This document shows, one piece after another, positions 27,386 through 40,304 of a DNA stretch of 49,145 nucleotides. Numbering within the stretch: position 1 is the stretch's first letter; the number at the start of each line of letters is the position of its first letter. Below the pieces are notes generated by a model. That model was given only the letters and a program-made list of their open reading frames with translations. It had not been told where the DNA came from and made no database searches. The translations under genes and the position numbers were made by a program. Origin of the DNA: Chromera velia (Eukaryota); the NCBI GenBank assembly GCA_018398765.1, contig JAHBMJ010000370.1, forward strand, positions 1 to 49,145, read 5' to 3'.

Positions 27386-28087
27386 CCTCAGTCTGTGCTC
27401 TTCACCAGACTGACTCACTGATTGATCCTCCACTTGACCTCAGGCAAAAGAACCGGGGGAGTCGAGAAACAAGACCAGCCTGCTTGAACTGGAAGTCCGT
27501 TGGGAGAAAAAGTGATGAATGTACGGCGTTCTTCCTCTTTCGCGTCTGTACGTCTGTAGGAGTATATACCGGAGTGTTGTCTTGACGCGAAATACCGTCA
27601 ATCTGCTCTTTTTTGCGTATTCGCAATGTGTCTGCTCTGCACCTCTGTTTTCATTAAATTCTGGGCTCTCAGTTCAATGCATTGAAGTGCAGTAGAGTAT
27701 ACTGCTCAGTGTAGTATATAGAGTGCAGCAGCTGATGAAGAGGTTGGGGTTCAAACATACAAGAGGAACTTTGTGTTTTTTTCGGGCCCGGAAGGTGCAT
27801 GGGAAACGAACGATTTTGCCTTCCGGGGCCGCCGAGATCGGGCCCGACGAGAAGCCGTCTCCGCACAGACTGTGACAGACATCCCCCTCTCTTTGTAAGT
27901 CTTTGGTCATGCTTCCAAGCGTCTTGGAGTATTTTGGCAGTTTCAGGTGTTCCTGCCATGACTTTAGAGCATGATTTCTGGCTGAATGACAGAAAGACGC
28001 AAGAAGAGCCGAGGTGATGCTTGCGCCTCTCTGTCTCGTCTCTGAAGAGTTTGAGAGGATCTGACTGGCTTGCTGGAGGCAGAAGGC
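27386..28087. promoter_or_regulatory. Putative bidirectional promoter between the kinesin and Ala-rich genes
   Basis: Divergent ATGs at 27385 (-) and 28088 (+), about 700 bp apart. Contains GGCCCGGAA and TTCCGGGGCC motifs at ~27785-27830. Confidence 0.5.
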
Positions 28088-28688
28088 ATGCTTGCGGTAG
28101 CCTGTTGCAGGTCTCGGCCACTTTTTGTGGGACTCATTCTCTCTCTGTCCTTCGTGGCGCACGGGAATGGTGCAGGGAATTTGCCGTCTCTCTCGGTCAG
28201 CCGTAGGACAACGGGCTGTACGGAGACGGCATCATTGTCGAGAGGGGGGCGGGGGGGCGGTAGAGGGGATGTAAGGGACGCAGCGCGATGCTCTGCAGCA
28301 TTTCTGTTCTCCTCTCCAGCGAGGAAACGGAGACGGGCACGGATAGGGTCTGGGTGGGGGGAGGAGGGGCGAAGGGGGCTTTCTTCACTTAGTGCCGAAG
28401 TGTTGACAGCGAACAGCAGTTTGACTTTCGCAGGTAGCACAGCCATTCTATCTTCATCCTCTTCTTCTTCCTCTCCGTCTACCAGTATGTTGTCTGACTC
28501 AGACGACCGAGGGTTCGTTTTACCGGATATCAAGATGCCCTTCAATTTCAGATGGGGATTAGAGTTGGAGGGCACCGAGGGGGTCAGACAGTTCTTAGAT
28601 GACCTCTTCGAGTGGTTCGAACGCCAGGTCTTCCCACCATCGGATCAAAGTCAGTCAGGCTCTCCCCAGAAAGAAGAGCGAGCGAGCG

Positions 28689-28719
<31 letters not shown>

Positions 28720-31700
28720 CAGAGGGAGAGGGAGAGAGAGAGAGAGAGAGAGAGATCCTAATCTCCGCAAGGCATGCAAAAGAAATAAAATTTCCCTGCA
28801 TGCACCTTTTTCGTCAAAATTTACGAAGAAAAGATCGATCTTCAAAGCTGCATCCTCGCTTAGTCTCGGGTCTTTTCTATCAGGCCGGCCCATGGATCCG
28901 TTTGTCGTTCTAGGGGAACGAGCCTTTTTGGTTCGAAAATTGTTTTTCTTCAATGCAGTTCTTTCTCCACTTCTTCATTTTTTTAAATGCCAGGCAGGAT
29001 CAACGTGTCTGCGTGATTCGTCCGTTGGAGTGTCTGCTGAAAATCAGATTTAGTGGTCATCGGCTTTTGTCCCTCCTCTCTTCTTTCTCACCCCCCCTCG
29101 GTCAGGCAAGGCGATGTACGGGAGGTCTGCGAGTCGGGAGTCGTTTGTACCAACGGACACGGACCCCAACCGAATGATTCCTGTCATCGGACTTGTCATG
29201 ACCGTCCTCTCGGTGCTCTTCTATTTCACGTACGTCGGTTTGGGGAAGGAGAGAAAGATTGATAAGCTGCTTCTCGTTGTTCACCATGTCTGCAGTTTGC
29301 GAACAGTCCCGGGAATCGAAATTTGAAGTGTGCTACTGGCGAACAGGCTTTCATGTGCTATCAATTCATATAATCGCTTTCTAATGCCTGCAGTGAAATG
29401 CATGCAGCTCTTGATGCTTTCTTCTTCTCTGCTTCGTTCAATGATCGATTTTGGGTTTTATTCCTTTCCTCTCTCTGATCGCAACTCTGTTTCTGTTTCT
29501 TGTCTCTCCACTCGTGCATGCATGCATGCAGTCCCATCGCAACCCCGTCGCTCATTCAAGCGGTTGCCCCCACCGCGTCTGCCATCACGGCAGCAGCAGC
29601 AGCAACCGCAGAGTCTCAAGCCAGAGAGGACGTGGCCAGGTGCAAGAGCTTCTCTGCGAGGGCGGCTGTGGCAGCTGCACGCGCAGAGGCGGCAGCAGCA
29701 CGTGCAGACGCCGCTGCGTCTCAGGCACCGGCCTTTGCTGCATGGTCGGCTGCGGGTGCGGTACTGTGTGGTGCTCTGGAGTACGGTACGATTTGGGCTC
29801 CTTTTCGTGTTCTGGTGTGGCTTGGGGCCATTGTGTCCACGTCGATGGCTGCCGGGTCTGGAATTTATGCCGCAACTGCGGAGGAAGAGGCAACGATTGC
29901 GCTTGCAAGGAGGATAGAAGAAGTGAGTTTGTTTGCTTGTTGGTCTTTTTGTTGGTATTTTTTTTGTAGGGACTGGAACAGGTAGTGAGCGTGGTGTTGC
30001 TTCATTGTATCTATCCATTGAGAAACGAAAAGCAGCGAAAAGAAGAATGGAGGAAGGAATGTACAGGGGTCCTTTCTTTCTAGTACTGGAAACAGCAAAA
30101 ACAGGCTGAGGGGGGGAGAAGCGAGACCTGACTGAATCTGGATCTTGTTTTGAGACACGTCCAACAGACAAGAACCGAGGCAGGTCCGGTCTCTCCCATG
30201 CCTTTGTTCTTCTTGGCCCCTCTTCCGTCCATCTGTGTGTCGGAATTTGCAAAGGCTTCTTCCTTTTCTTTTTGCCTTTCTTCTGACTTCTTTCATTCCA
30301 ATCACGGAAAAGATGAAGGAATCTCGGCTGGATCTTTCCTTTTGCTCTTCCTCTTGCAGGAGCAACGGTCCACCCAGAGAACTGTGGAGATGACCGGAAA
30401 ACAACTTCTGCGGGTGGTGGCCCCCTCCTGTATCGCCTTCTTTACTGCCAAGTCAGTCACGGAAAATGTTAAAATTAACTTGGAATAAGGGCTTCGTCGC
30501 CTCGAGTTCTCATCAGCATCCGGCTTAATTTTGCTCATTCAATCAACCAACTGACCTTTAAAGAATTTTTTTAAAAATGAATATTCCGGGCCAAGCAGAG
30601 TGCCAGCTGGGGGCCGTGGAAGGGGGGGGGGGGAACATGCATTCCAACTGAGCACGTGGCTTTTTTGTTCGTTCGCATTCCCAGACTACCTACTTGCCTA
30701 CATGCCGGACGGCCGACCTGCCTGCTGGTCGATTGGTATGTCGGCCTGCTTGTCTCTCGCTCTCTCTCTGTTTGTCAAGAGCCCATGCACAATTTTTTTT
30801 AAAAGTAAACGCTCTCTCTCTCTCTGTTTGTCAAGAGCCCATGCACAAATCGATCGATCATCTCTGGAGAATTGTCCTTTCTCTGCAAATCTCCTACTAC
30901 CGTGCTCGCTCACGTATCCTCTCCCTTGCTTTCTTTCTTTCTTTCTTTTTTTGTCTTCCTCCATCCTCCCCCCCCCCGTACCTCAACTCAACAGAGGACG
31001 CTCCCGTTTCGCCATCGCCGCTGTGGTTGCCGCAGCCCAAGCAGCGCAGGCCGCCGCAAGAGCGGAAAGGTTCGCTGCAGCTGCAGCCCGTGCGGCGGCT
31101 GCCAAATCGATTCGGGCTGCGAGGAGTGAAGTAGAGGTCAGCAGCTCCATACAGGAAAAAGCTTCTGTTTGCATGCTGAGTAACTGCAAGGCAAAAAACA
31201 AGAATGCATAAAATAAATACAAATACATGTCGACTTCCTTTAGGGCGCTTTCAGTGAAGTGACAGACAAGCTGCATGCTCGCAAGTCTTGATGCAAAAAG
31301 GCGTCAGCATGATGCTTGGTGTATGTGGTGCTGTCAGAAAAGAAAACATGAGGGCAGAAATGAAGGCACAAAGGAGACACAGAAAGACAGCAGGCAAATG
31401 ACGGCAACGGGAACAGATAGCTGATGAAGACAGACGTCCATGAGGCTTTCGATCATGGGCCTCCTTGCCTACCTGCGTGTTCTGCCTATGGTCCACATGC
31501 AGACAAGAGAACTACGCACGTCTCTCCATCCGCATTTCTCCGACCTTCTCTTTTTTGCCTGTCTGTTCTCTTCTCTCCTGCCTCTTTTTGCCACTGAATG
31601 CGCTGTCCTCTCTCTCTCTCTCTCAGGTGTCCAAGGCAGAAGCCAGCGCTGCCGTCGCGCCGTTCGGATCTGCAGCCGCAGCAGTCGGTCAGTTCTCTCT

Positions 31701-33029
31701 TTTTTTCTTTTTTTTTTCATACAGATGAAAGTAAATGCAGCCGCAGCAGTCGGTGAGTTCTCTCTCGAGAGAGAGAGAGACAGGATGATTGCATGACGAC
31801 CGTGATGACTGAAGCGAAAGTGCGAGACAAGTACTTCGGGTTCCTCCCCAAGTCATAGACAGAAGCTTCTCAGGGAGACAAAGGGTAGGAGGGAGAAGAG
31901 AAGAGATGCGTGGCAGGAGAGAGACAAACGACAGCTCTTCAGCCGAAACTGTTTTCATGATGTATTCTGTTGCTCTGGTTTTGTGTATGAGGAGGATTTT
32001 GAAGAAGATGAAGATGTGACGGTTCCTTCCTCTCCCTCTCTCTCTTTCTCAACTTGCCTCAAGAAGACTGTGTCTTCGCTTAATTGTTTTCTTTCTGCAG
32101 CGCCCCCTTTGGCAACTGTGTTGTCGTACACCCAACCGTTCGCTGCTGCGTGCACGCCTCTGCTGGGAACCGTCTTCGGTGAGTGAGTGAGTGAGTGAGT
32201 GAGTGTGAAGAGGACGGAAGAAAACTAAGCGTTCTTCGTAGACGCTTGATTGTTCCATGCACTCCTTCCAACCCTTTCGTATTTTTCAGGTTTTTCCGCC
32301 CTGGCTTTTCAATCAAGAACTCCAGAATTCTTTGCTGGATTTCTTCTGCTCTTGCTCCCATGCGAAAGGGAGGTCGATGTATATTTCCTCTCCTCTTCTC
32401 TCTTATTTTCTTCTCTTTTGTCTTCTTTTCTCTTCTCTCAGGGTTTGTTTCTTTGGGTGCCGCTGTGAAGACACGGGAAGAGGCAGGGATTGCACAGGAA
32501 GTGGCGTTGGAAGACGTCTACTCGGCGCGATATGCAAAGTTGAAACCTGTTGGGATCGGCTCTCTGACGTCAGTCGGGTTCAGTCTTTTTCTTTTCCCGG
32601 GTGTTTGTCTGGCTCTTTCTGTCCTGTCTTGTCTGTCTGTTTTGACGATGAGTCGAGAGAGAGAAGGGGAGAAAAAGAAGAAAACCACACAAGGTCTGTC
32701 TGTCTGTCTGTGTGCGTGTTCTCTGTGCCTCCCGGTCCTCAGCGTTTCTGACCTGAACAGGAGCATGATTGGGAAGCTGGTTTGACGTGAATGCAATTGC
32801 ATACTTTGTCTCTGTGTGCAGGGACGTGCTGACGAATGTTGCAAAGCGCGTCGGACTGAATGAATCGCCAAAGGGGAAAGAGAGGGGGGAGCCGGGTGGG
32901 GGTGGGGTGAAGCTGCAACAGCAACAGAAGGAAAAGTTGGGGAAACAAAGTGGCAAGAAAGGTTCAACCGAAGAGGGCAAAAACTCTCCTCCGTCTCTTA
33001 CACGAACGCCTGCAAAAGATTCACGATAG
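28088..33029 (+). CDS. Ala-rich multi-pass membrane protein with N-terminal signal/transit-like leader, 10 exons, function unknown
   Basis: Exons 28088-28649, 28884-28930, 29111-29229, 29532-29922, 30360-30451, 30995-31136, 31627-31687, 32101-32178, 32442-32568 and 32822-33029 splice in frame through GT-AG introns. There is a hydrophobic leader (LFVGLILSLSFVAHG), an R/S-rich tract with AAF, and several hydrophobic helices. Confidence 0.75.
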
Positions 33030-33699
33030 CACGGAGTTAGGACGTTGAAACACATACCCATACATACGTTGAGGATTCACGATGGTACGCAGTGAAATTG
33101 TGACATGCAAGCAGCTTGTGGGTCAGGCTTGAATTCGACAGAGATGACTGACACACTGATGTGGAGTGATGGAATTAGTAGTAAGCTCCAGTTGATTGTC
33201 TCTCTCTCTCTCGATCAGATTCCTTCTCCTCTTCGTTTCTCTCTCCTTGCCTGCCTCTTCCTTCCTTCCTTTTTTTCTCCGCGTGAGTCAACTGACTCAC
33301 TTTATCTATTTCTTCCTCCGTGGTCGATAAGATGATCTGGCTACCTCGCTTCTGTCCCCATCGCCTTCCTTCCTTCAGATTGGATCACTGCGGGCGCAGT
33401 CGGTCCGTCCACTCGTCTGACTGACCCCCTATCCGTTCGTGTGGCTAGTCGACCACCCACCCGCATGTTCATCCGTCCATCCACCTCTCTCTGAATCCAC
33501 ACGGAAGTTTCAACAGAAATCTTTGAGCCAGTCTGTCGATCATTGAAAGCAAGGACACATCCATCGATCAGTCTCTCCGTCTGTGTAGAGGCAAATGGGA
33601 GGAAACCGCAAAGCGATGATCAAACCTGGGCCGGATGCCAGTCAACCTAGCAATCAACTTCAGTGGGTCACAGTCTACGTGAATTCAGACTCGGAGTCG

Positions 33700-35100
33700 G
33701 AAGCTAGCTCGGCTAGTAGCTCGGAAGAGCCTTAGCATACTAGTGGCCCTTATACACGGTATAATATATATAGTCTATAATATAGACTAAATTATACTTA
33801 CTTAATGGCGGTTTAGCTTAGAGTCTCCGAAACCAGAGACAAACGGCAACCCATGCATGTAGATGGTGCACAACCTAGGCTTAATTGCCAGTGGAAATAA
33901 AACGATGAATGACATACCTATATGTTCCAAGACATAGAATTATAGTAAAAAATATATGTCATATCAATTGAACTGTCAATCTCACATAGAATTTGGCAAT
34001 CAAATTTGAATTAATGACAAACATGTTGAGAGTATATCACATTGTGCAGGAAGCTGACATTCGATCAGAGCTAAGATCTAGTAGGAAACGGAGTTGTTGC
34101 TAAAGTGGTTCTGAACTTGTTCAATGTTGTTGACAGATATGTTAAAATTTGTTGTTCAAGTTACAGGAAGTAACACTCTGATACTAGCCCCGATACTCGT
34201 TATAAACCCGAAGAGCCGGCAAAGACACGATACATGGTCCATGACATAGATACATTTTGGATGGTTATTAACTTAATTGCGATCGATGTAGCGGTGTTGT
34301 TTTAAATATCGGTATACGTTACTTTTTTGTATAAGATGATTAAAGTATATTGAGTTATAATTATTGACTATATAGCTAGGATGGTAGTTTTTAATATAAT
34401 AGAGAAGACTGCCCTAAGCTAGGCCCTGAGCGCTGCAATAATCTGTGTCTAGATGTGTATCGAACCAGCTAGACGCTATAGACACTCATTTTTGCCCAAT
34501 GACGATGGAGAATGTCATTGATTATAAGAATTTAAGATTAGGATTAGAATTAATATCCTGAAGATTGGTCTTCCATGCCAATGCCAAAACATGGCCCTCA
34601 ATGTCCAACTTGCGGCTTCCATATAGGAGAGACGCCTATGTACGCCTATGACTATAACTATGACGCATCATGATCGCCGCCATCATCATCCATATCTAGA
34701 GCTAGCTGGATACTTCTATACAGTACGGTTAAGAGTAATGAAAGTAGGACGGTTACTAGGCGGCTGCTAGGCCGCCACCGCCCGGTTACCAATTTTGTGG
34801 CTACGGTAGTAGTATTCCAATGGTAGTGGTAGTAGCTAAAAACGGGCAGATTTTGCCACATTTTGAGTTAAACTTAAGTATCATACTTCTAATGTTAGGC
34901 AAGGAAAAGTTATTATTTTCTAGGATGCCACGCTGCACTGCCTACGCCTAGATGCCTCATAATGATAAAGACGGCTTTTGCAATTTCTTTTAACGATTTT
35001 TTCTAGGATTTTTTACTGCTATCATCCTTTAATAAGTATTAAATAACTGTATTTTTTTAAAGAACACTATTCTTAATGCATGATGTATGTAAATTGCATA
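33700..35100. repeat. AT/TpA-rich degenerate block between convergent genes (probable decayed transposon)
   Basis: Low GC, dense CTAG/TA, no credible ORF. Confidence 0.45.
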
Positions 35101-35406
35101 AGTAATCGAAGAATTATGATTAATGGATCTGTATGTGAAGACATAGATGCAAAACTGAAAGATAAACACCCACGTAACGGCTTCAGACAGGCAAAAAGTC
35201 ATATGCCAGAGTTCCTAGGGGCTATATTGCAGAGTCTGCTTCAACAAATCCGCTACATGCCAAGAAATGCGTCGACCCTGCATGATTGCCAGCTATTTGT
35301 GCATGCCAGTTCTCGTCTCACCTCGATCGGAGTTCACATTGCTGCGTGTAAAGAGCAATGGCTCCAACCGCGTGAATCCACAATGACCGTCTCACTCTGG
35401 TACTCC

Positions 35407-38400
35407 TCACTCCCCAGGTGCGCTAGACTTTTTGAATAGATCCCTGAGCCCTCCCGCAACCTCTGCTACCGTCTCTACCTTCTCTACAGGGGACTCTGGT
35501 TCTCCTGCCTCCAGAGCAGCTGTGTCTCTTGGTCTGGCTTTTTTCTTTGTGCCCCCATTGGCAAGAGAGGCCCCGGCATTCTGAAGGACAGAGCCCCCCT
35601 GGAACCTGAGTGGCGGCGCTTTTTTGTACGAGAAGGCAACAGAAGTCTCGGGAAAGTTAGTCTGCAGGAACATCAGAATGTAATTCTTTTTCTTTACTTA
35701 TGGCTATTTTTTTGGTGAACTCATCTTTGCTTTCTGTTTCAGCGGAGGGAGATAAACAGAGGTTGTGCTTGGCTGATGGAGAGAGACATCATTGCAACTA
35801 TCCGCAGGGTTAGAACACGCAAGATTCGCAGCGATGAATAGAAAAGAAAACAGCATGACAGGATTGTTGATTCTTTCCGCGCACTTGGTGAACCGTACAT
35901 GATGGGCAGCGAATTGGGAACTTTCTACGGAAGAGAAAGGGTACAAATAAGGGCGGAACGCGGAGTGGAATGACAGATAGTCACTTTATAGGAATCCTAG
36001 GAGGAGGGGGGAAGGGCGGGAGAAAGGAAAGACGACGCAAGAAAAAAGGGAAAGTGGGCCACGAAGAAAAGAAAAAAGCAGGTCGTGAGCTCTTTGCCCA
36101 TTCATTCTCTTCCTTCCTCCTTCCCTTTTGGGGGCAGATTCACTCACCGGTCGTGATTCTGCTTCAGTCGCACGACCGTACCCGGTAGTCTTCTTCGGAT
36201 TTCCCCCCTTCCCCCCCCAAGCATTAGAGGCCCCCTGCCCTCCCCCCCCTGAGCGTCCATGTCCACCCCCAGGCCCACTCTGTGTTGTCGTCATCTTCCA
36301 TCCCTTCTGTTGAGGGAACATTCTCTGACTTCGGTAAGGACTCCGCTTACCCCCCTTCGTTGCAGCACCCGCGGTCTTTCTCACCTGACGACCACCCACA
36401 CTTCGCGGCTGTCCACTGTCCGCCTCTACCTCTGACAACGGGTCAAAAGTTGCCATCACGGCTCCTATTCCAGATGCCTGGGATCGACTCCCCTTCTCTA
36501 CCACTCTAGGAGGTGACCTCGTACGTCCAGGTGAACTGCGACAACTGTACGTGGGCTGGTACATGAGCGCAGCAGCCTCCTCACCCTCTTCGTCTTCTTC
36601 GGGTTTACCGAAGGAGGGACCGGGGGGGTCGGTCTGTCTTTGTTGTTTTGGCGGTCGTGGCCGAATCCGTTTCTGGGGCGGGGGCCCTCTGCTGACTTGG
36701 AATTGCATTGCGTCCTCGGTGTCTTCTGCGTCCTCCGGTGCATGGGGCTCTGAGAAGGCGGCCGCGTCGTGGCGATCGCCTGCGGATGCGAACAGTGGGG
36801 CCGCCTCCCAAGAGAGCTCTACCTGCAGGGAGAGAGAGCGATGGGGCGAGCTATGGTGCATTGGAAAAGTCAGAAAAGGGGGTGATTTCTGTGCACAATG
36901 TGATCACGTGTCATCTGTTTGCGGCTATAGAAACGGTCTTTCTTTATTTCTGAGAACATCCCCTTGCCGGTATATCGATTCTTGTGTCTGCCCGCGCAAA
37001 ATATCTATGTGTCTGCCCACCCGCCTGTAGGGTAGTCTTGGCATCTGCTCCCTTGGCTCGGTCAAAAACCCCTTTTGCCGCTGTCCGCGACTAGACGTGT
37101 CTGTTTTGCATTCATTATTGAAAGCTTGTCTGTCTATTGTCTTCTTGCATGTGCATGCACGTTGATGCTCTAGATCACTACTCACCGATCCCCTTTCTTC
37201 CTGAGGAGGCGCCCGCGTTTGCAGATGCACCTCCACCGTCAGTCGGTGTTGATTACCCGAGTGGGCCTCTATGCGCATCTGCAGATCAAATCCCAGAAGA
37301 CAGGTCGGAAAAAACAAAAAAATCAAATTTTTGCACTAAATATCGTGCTCTTGATTGAGAAGCGCCTCCTTGCGGACTGCTCGCATGAACTCTTGGGGGG
37401 CCGGGAGGGGGGGCAGCGAGCTGTCCCCTGTCGCTGCTGTGAGAATGAAGAGATAAAGACTAGAAGAGGATTCAAGATATCGCCCATCGTGTCCCAAGAG
37501 AAAGTGCTCAAGAGGGAAAAAAAAAGAAACACAAAGCTGCGTCTGGGGGAGTAGAGAGGAGACACCGTCGGGACAGCTAAGAAGGCATCGCGATTCGGAA
37601 AAGTGAAACAGACAGAAAGACAGTCTGACATACAGCAGAAATTTGGAGGTGAGGGCAGGTAACAGAGAGGGCATGGAGCGTGACAGAAGCGTACTGTCAC
37701 AGCTTGACAGGCCTTTTTGAGCGTCATTTCTGCCTAGCTTGCTGCGAATACTCACTGGAGGATCTGCCTTCAATTGAGCGAAGGTGACTCCCGGAATTGC
37801 CCGGACCCTCTCCTCTATCTGCCTGATACCCCCTCCAGTCAGGTGGTTCTGGGAGACCTTCAGACTCTTCAGGTAGGCAAAATTCTCTAGAAGCTGCGAG
37901 GAGAGAAGAAACGGAAGGCAGACGACGAAAAAAACACAGGACAACGGAAATGATCAAAACAGACACGTCGTTTCTTTTCTGACAATGCACACGTTGCTTT
38001 TCTACTATTTGCATTCTTTCATGAAAGAGGTTCCGAGATCGCGTCGTCAAGTCAGCGGCCGGCAAAAAATAAGAAGTCATTCATTTGCGCTTTCTGTTCG
38101 GTGTGAATCTTCGGACTCATGTTTCCTTTTCTACGAAAAAAGGAAGAGAGTAGCCACCTTCTGACTCGTGTCTTACAAACAGATGCGCAAGGTCACTGCC
38201 CGCCCGACCGACCGACCGACCATGCATATTCTCGGCGCGTCCTCATCTGTGAGCCCGTTATTCCTCAGGTCGATTGACACCACGTTGTCCGAACACGAGT
38301 GCTCAGCAGCAAGCTTGCCAAGCTCCTCTGCATGCAGAATTTGTCAATTAATACAAAAAATTGAGGGGGGAAACGGTGACAGGCTCACTGCAAATGCGAC

Positions 38401-38575
38401 AGCTCAGACTAAGAAAACCCGCGCAAACCAGCCTGACTCACCCAGATCTTTCTTGCTCAGTTCGAGGCCACTGAGGGGGAGTTCTTTATGGAGACCTGCC
38501 TCGAAGAGATTCACCAGAAGCTGACGGTGAACTCTGCAATCGATCAGACGAACAGAACAAGTCACAGACACAGAG

Positions 38576-38611
<36 letters not shown>

Positions 38612-38612
38612 C

Positions 38613-38647
<35 letters not shown>

Positions 38648-39170
38648 GGAGGTGGAGAACAAAGAAATAATCTTTCTGCGCTGCCCATCTGGATTGAAAT
38701 GAAAGATTGTGAGGGAAAACCTGATTTTCATGGCTTACAGCAACAGTGTCTCTTCAGCGGTTAGTGTTTGTTTCCTCCTTTTACAAACCGACACAGGTCG
38801 ATTTGACGCCACTGCACTTTTATTTATCCTTTCTTACGCAAGCAAAGAACGGCTCTCTCTGATGTCAGCATCCGAGGTCTCCAAAAAAGGATTCATCCGT
38901 CTTCCTCCTCCTTCGTTGCTCTGGCTATTAATAATTTGTTCCAAGACACAAACATCCAACCATCCCCCCCCCAACTAAACCGATTGACGTACCTTGTCTG
39001 GAACTCCTCTGCCCTCTGCAGCTTCTCTTTCATACAGAAAAAAAAAAAAAAACGATTGACGTACCTTGTCTGGAACTCCTCTGCCCTCTGCAGCTTCTCG
39101 AACAGCGACAGGTTCCGGACTCTCATGGAGGACCCGACCTGGTTGGCCTTGGCGAGGTCCTGCACGCACG

Positions 39171-39232
<62 letters not shown>

Positions 39233-40271
39233 CAGATACAGATACAAACAGAGAGAGAGGGAGAGAGAGGCAGAGAGAAAGAGACGGGGAAAGAGGAAAA
39301 TACAGAGAGAGACTGAAAGAGAGGGTACATGGATGAGAAGAGTGAAAGAGAGAATATCGCCAAGTTAGAGGCAGGCAGGCAGGCACGAGTTCACACTTCC
39401 TTTCAGACTTTGGGTCGATGCCTCAAGCGACAGAAGCGAGAAGAGAAAGACAAAGGCGTGAATGACATCGGATAAAGGTGGGAAAACAGAACGAGTGATT
39501 CCACCCTTCGTACAAACGTACGCACCCAAATAACCCTACGTACCCACTCACCTACCTGCATGTACGTCTCCGCTGCCTCCTGAGAATCGTGAATCATCTC
39601 AAGCAGCTGGGCGATTTTCTCCACCATCATCGGCACAGGATTGCGGTGTTGTTGAGCCTGCGTGGATCGTATAGGTCACACAGCAAGGAGCAGGAATAGT
39701 GTGCTTGTCACCTTCATTCGACAGTCCGTCTCTTTCTTGTTTCCGAATATCAAAGCAGCAGAAGCGTCCAAACATCCCAACAAACTCACCCTTGCAAGAA
39801 AGTCGTTAATCTTGAGCCTGTCGGTGAGGTCGGAGTTGGCCGCTTCAATCACGAGGGGTCGCATCCGTCCGTTTTCGTCAAGAAGGTCTTCCCGTCGGAT
39901 GTACGCTAACTCTGACGAAAGCTCCTCCTGCAATCAATCAGACGGGCATGCAAGCATTGATACATGAAGGCTGGCTGCAGCCATACGAACTCCACAGACC
40001 ACCAAGACCCCTGAGCAACAAAGGAAAGGCGATTTCCATTGTATGAATAAGCGCGGAAAAACGGAGTGACAAAAATTTCTGGGGCGGTACTCTTTCTTAC
40101 GCCTGCTTGTCATTCTGGCTCACCGTCTTTGTCTTCGACTGAGTCGCCTTCTGCTCTGCTTGCAAGAGAGCCTCATGCATCGCGTGCTTCTCTCTGTGCA
40201 TCTCTCGATGCCTCTCCTCGTACCTGCAAAAAGAGACATACATGTATACATGCATACAGACAGACAGACAG

Positions 40272-40304
<33 letters not shown>

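Noticed and set aside
27964..28953. Minus-strand gene from ORFs 27964-28575 and 28651-28953
   Set aside because: Antisense shadow of exons 1-2 of the plus-strand gene, which has consistent splice phases across ten exons.
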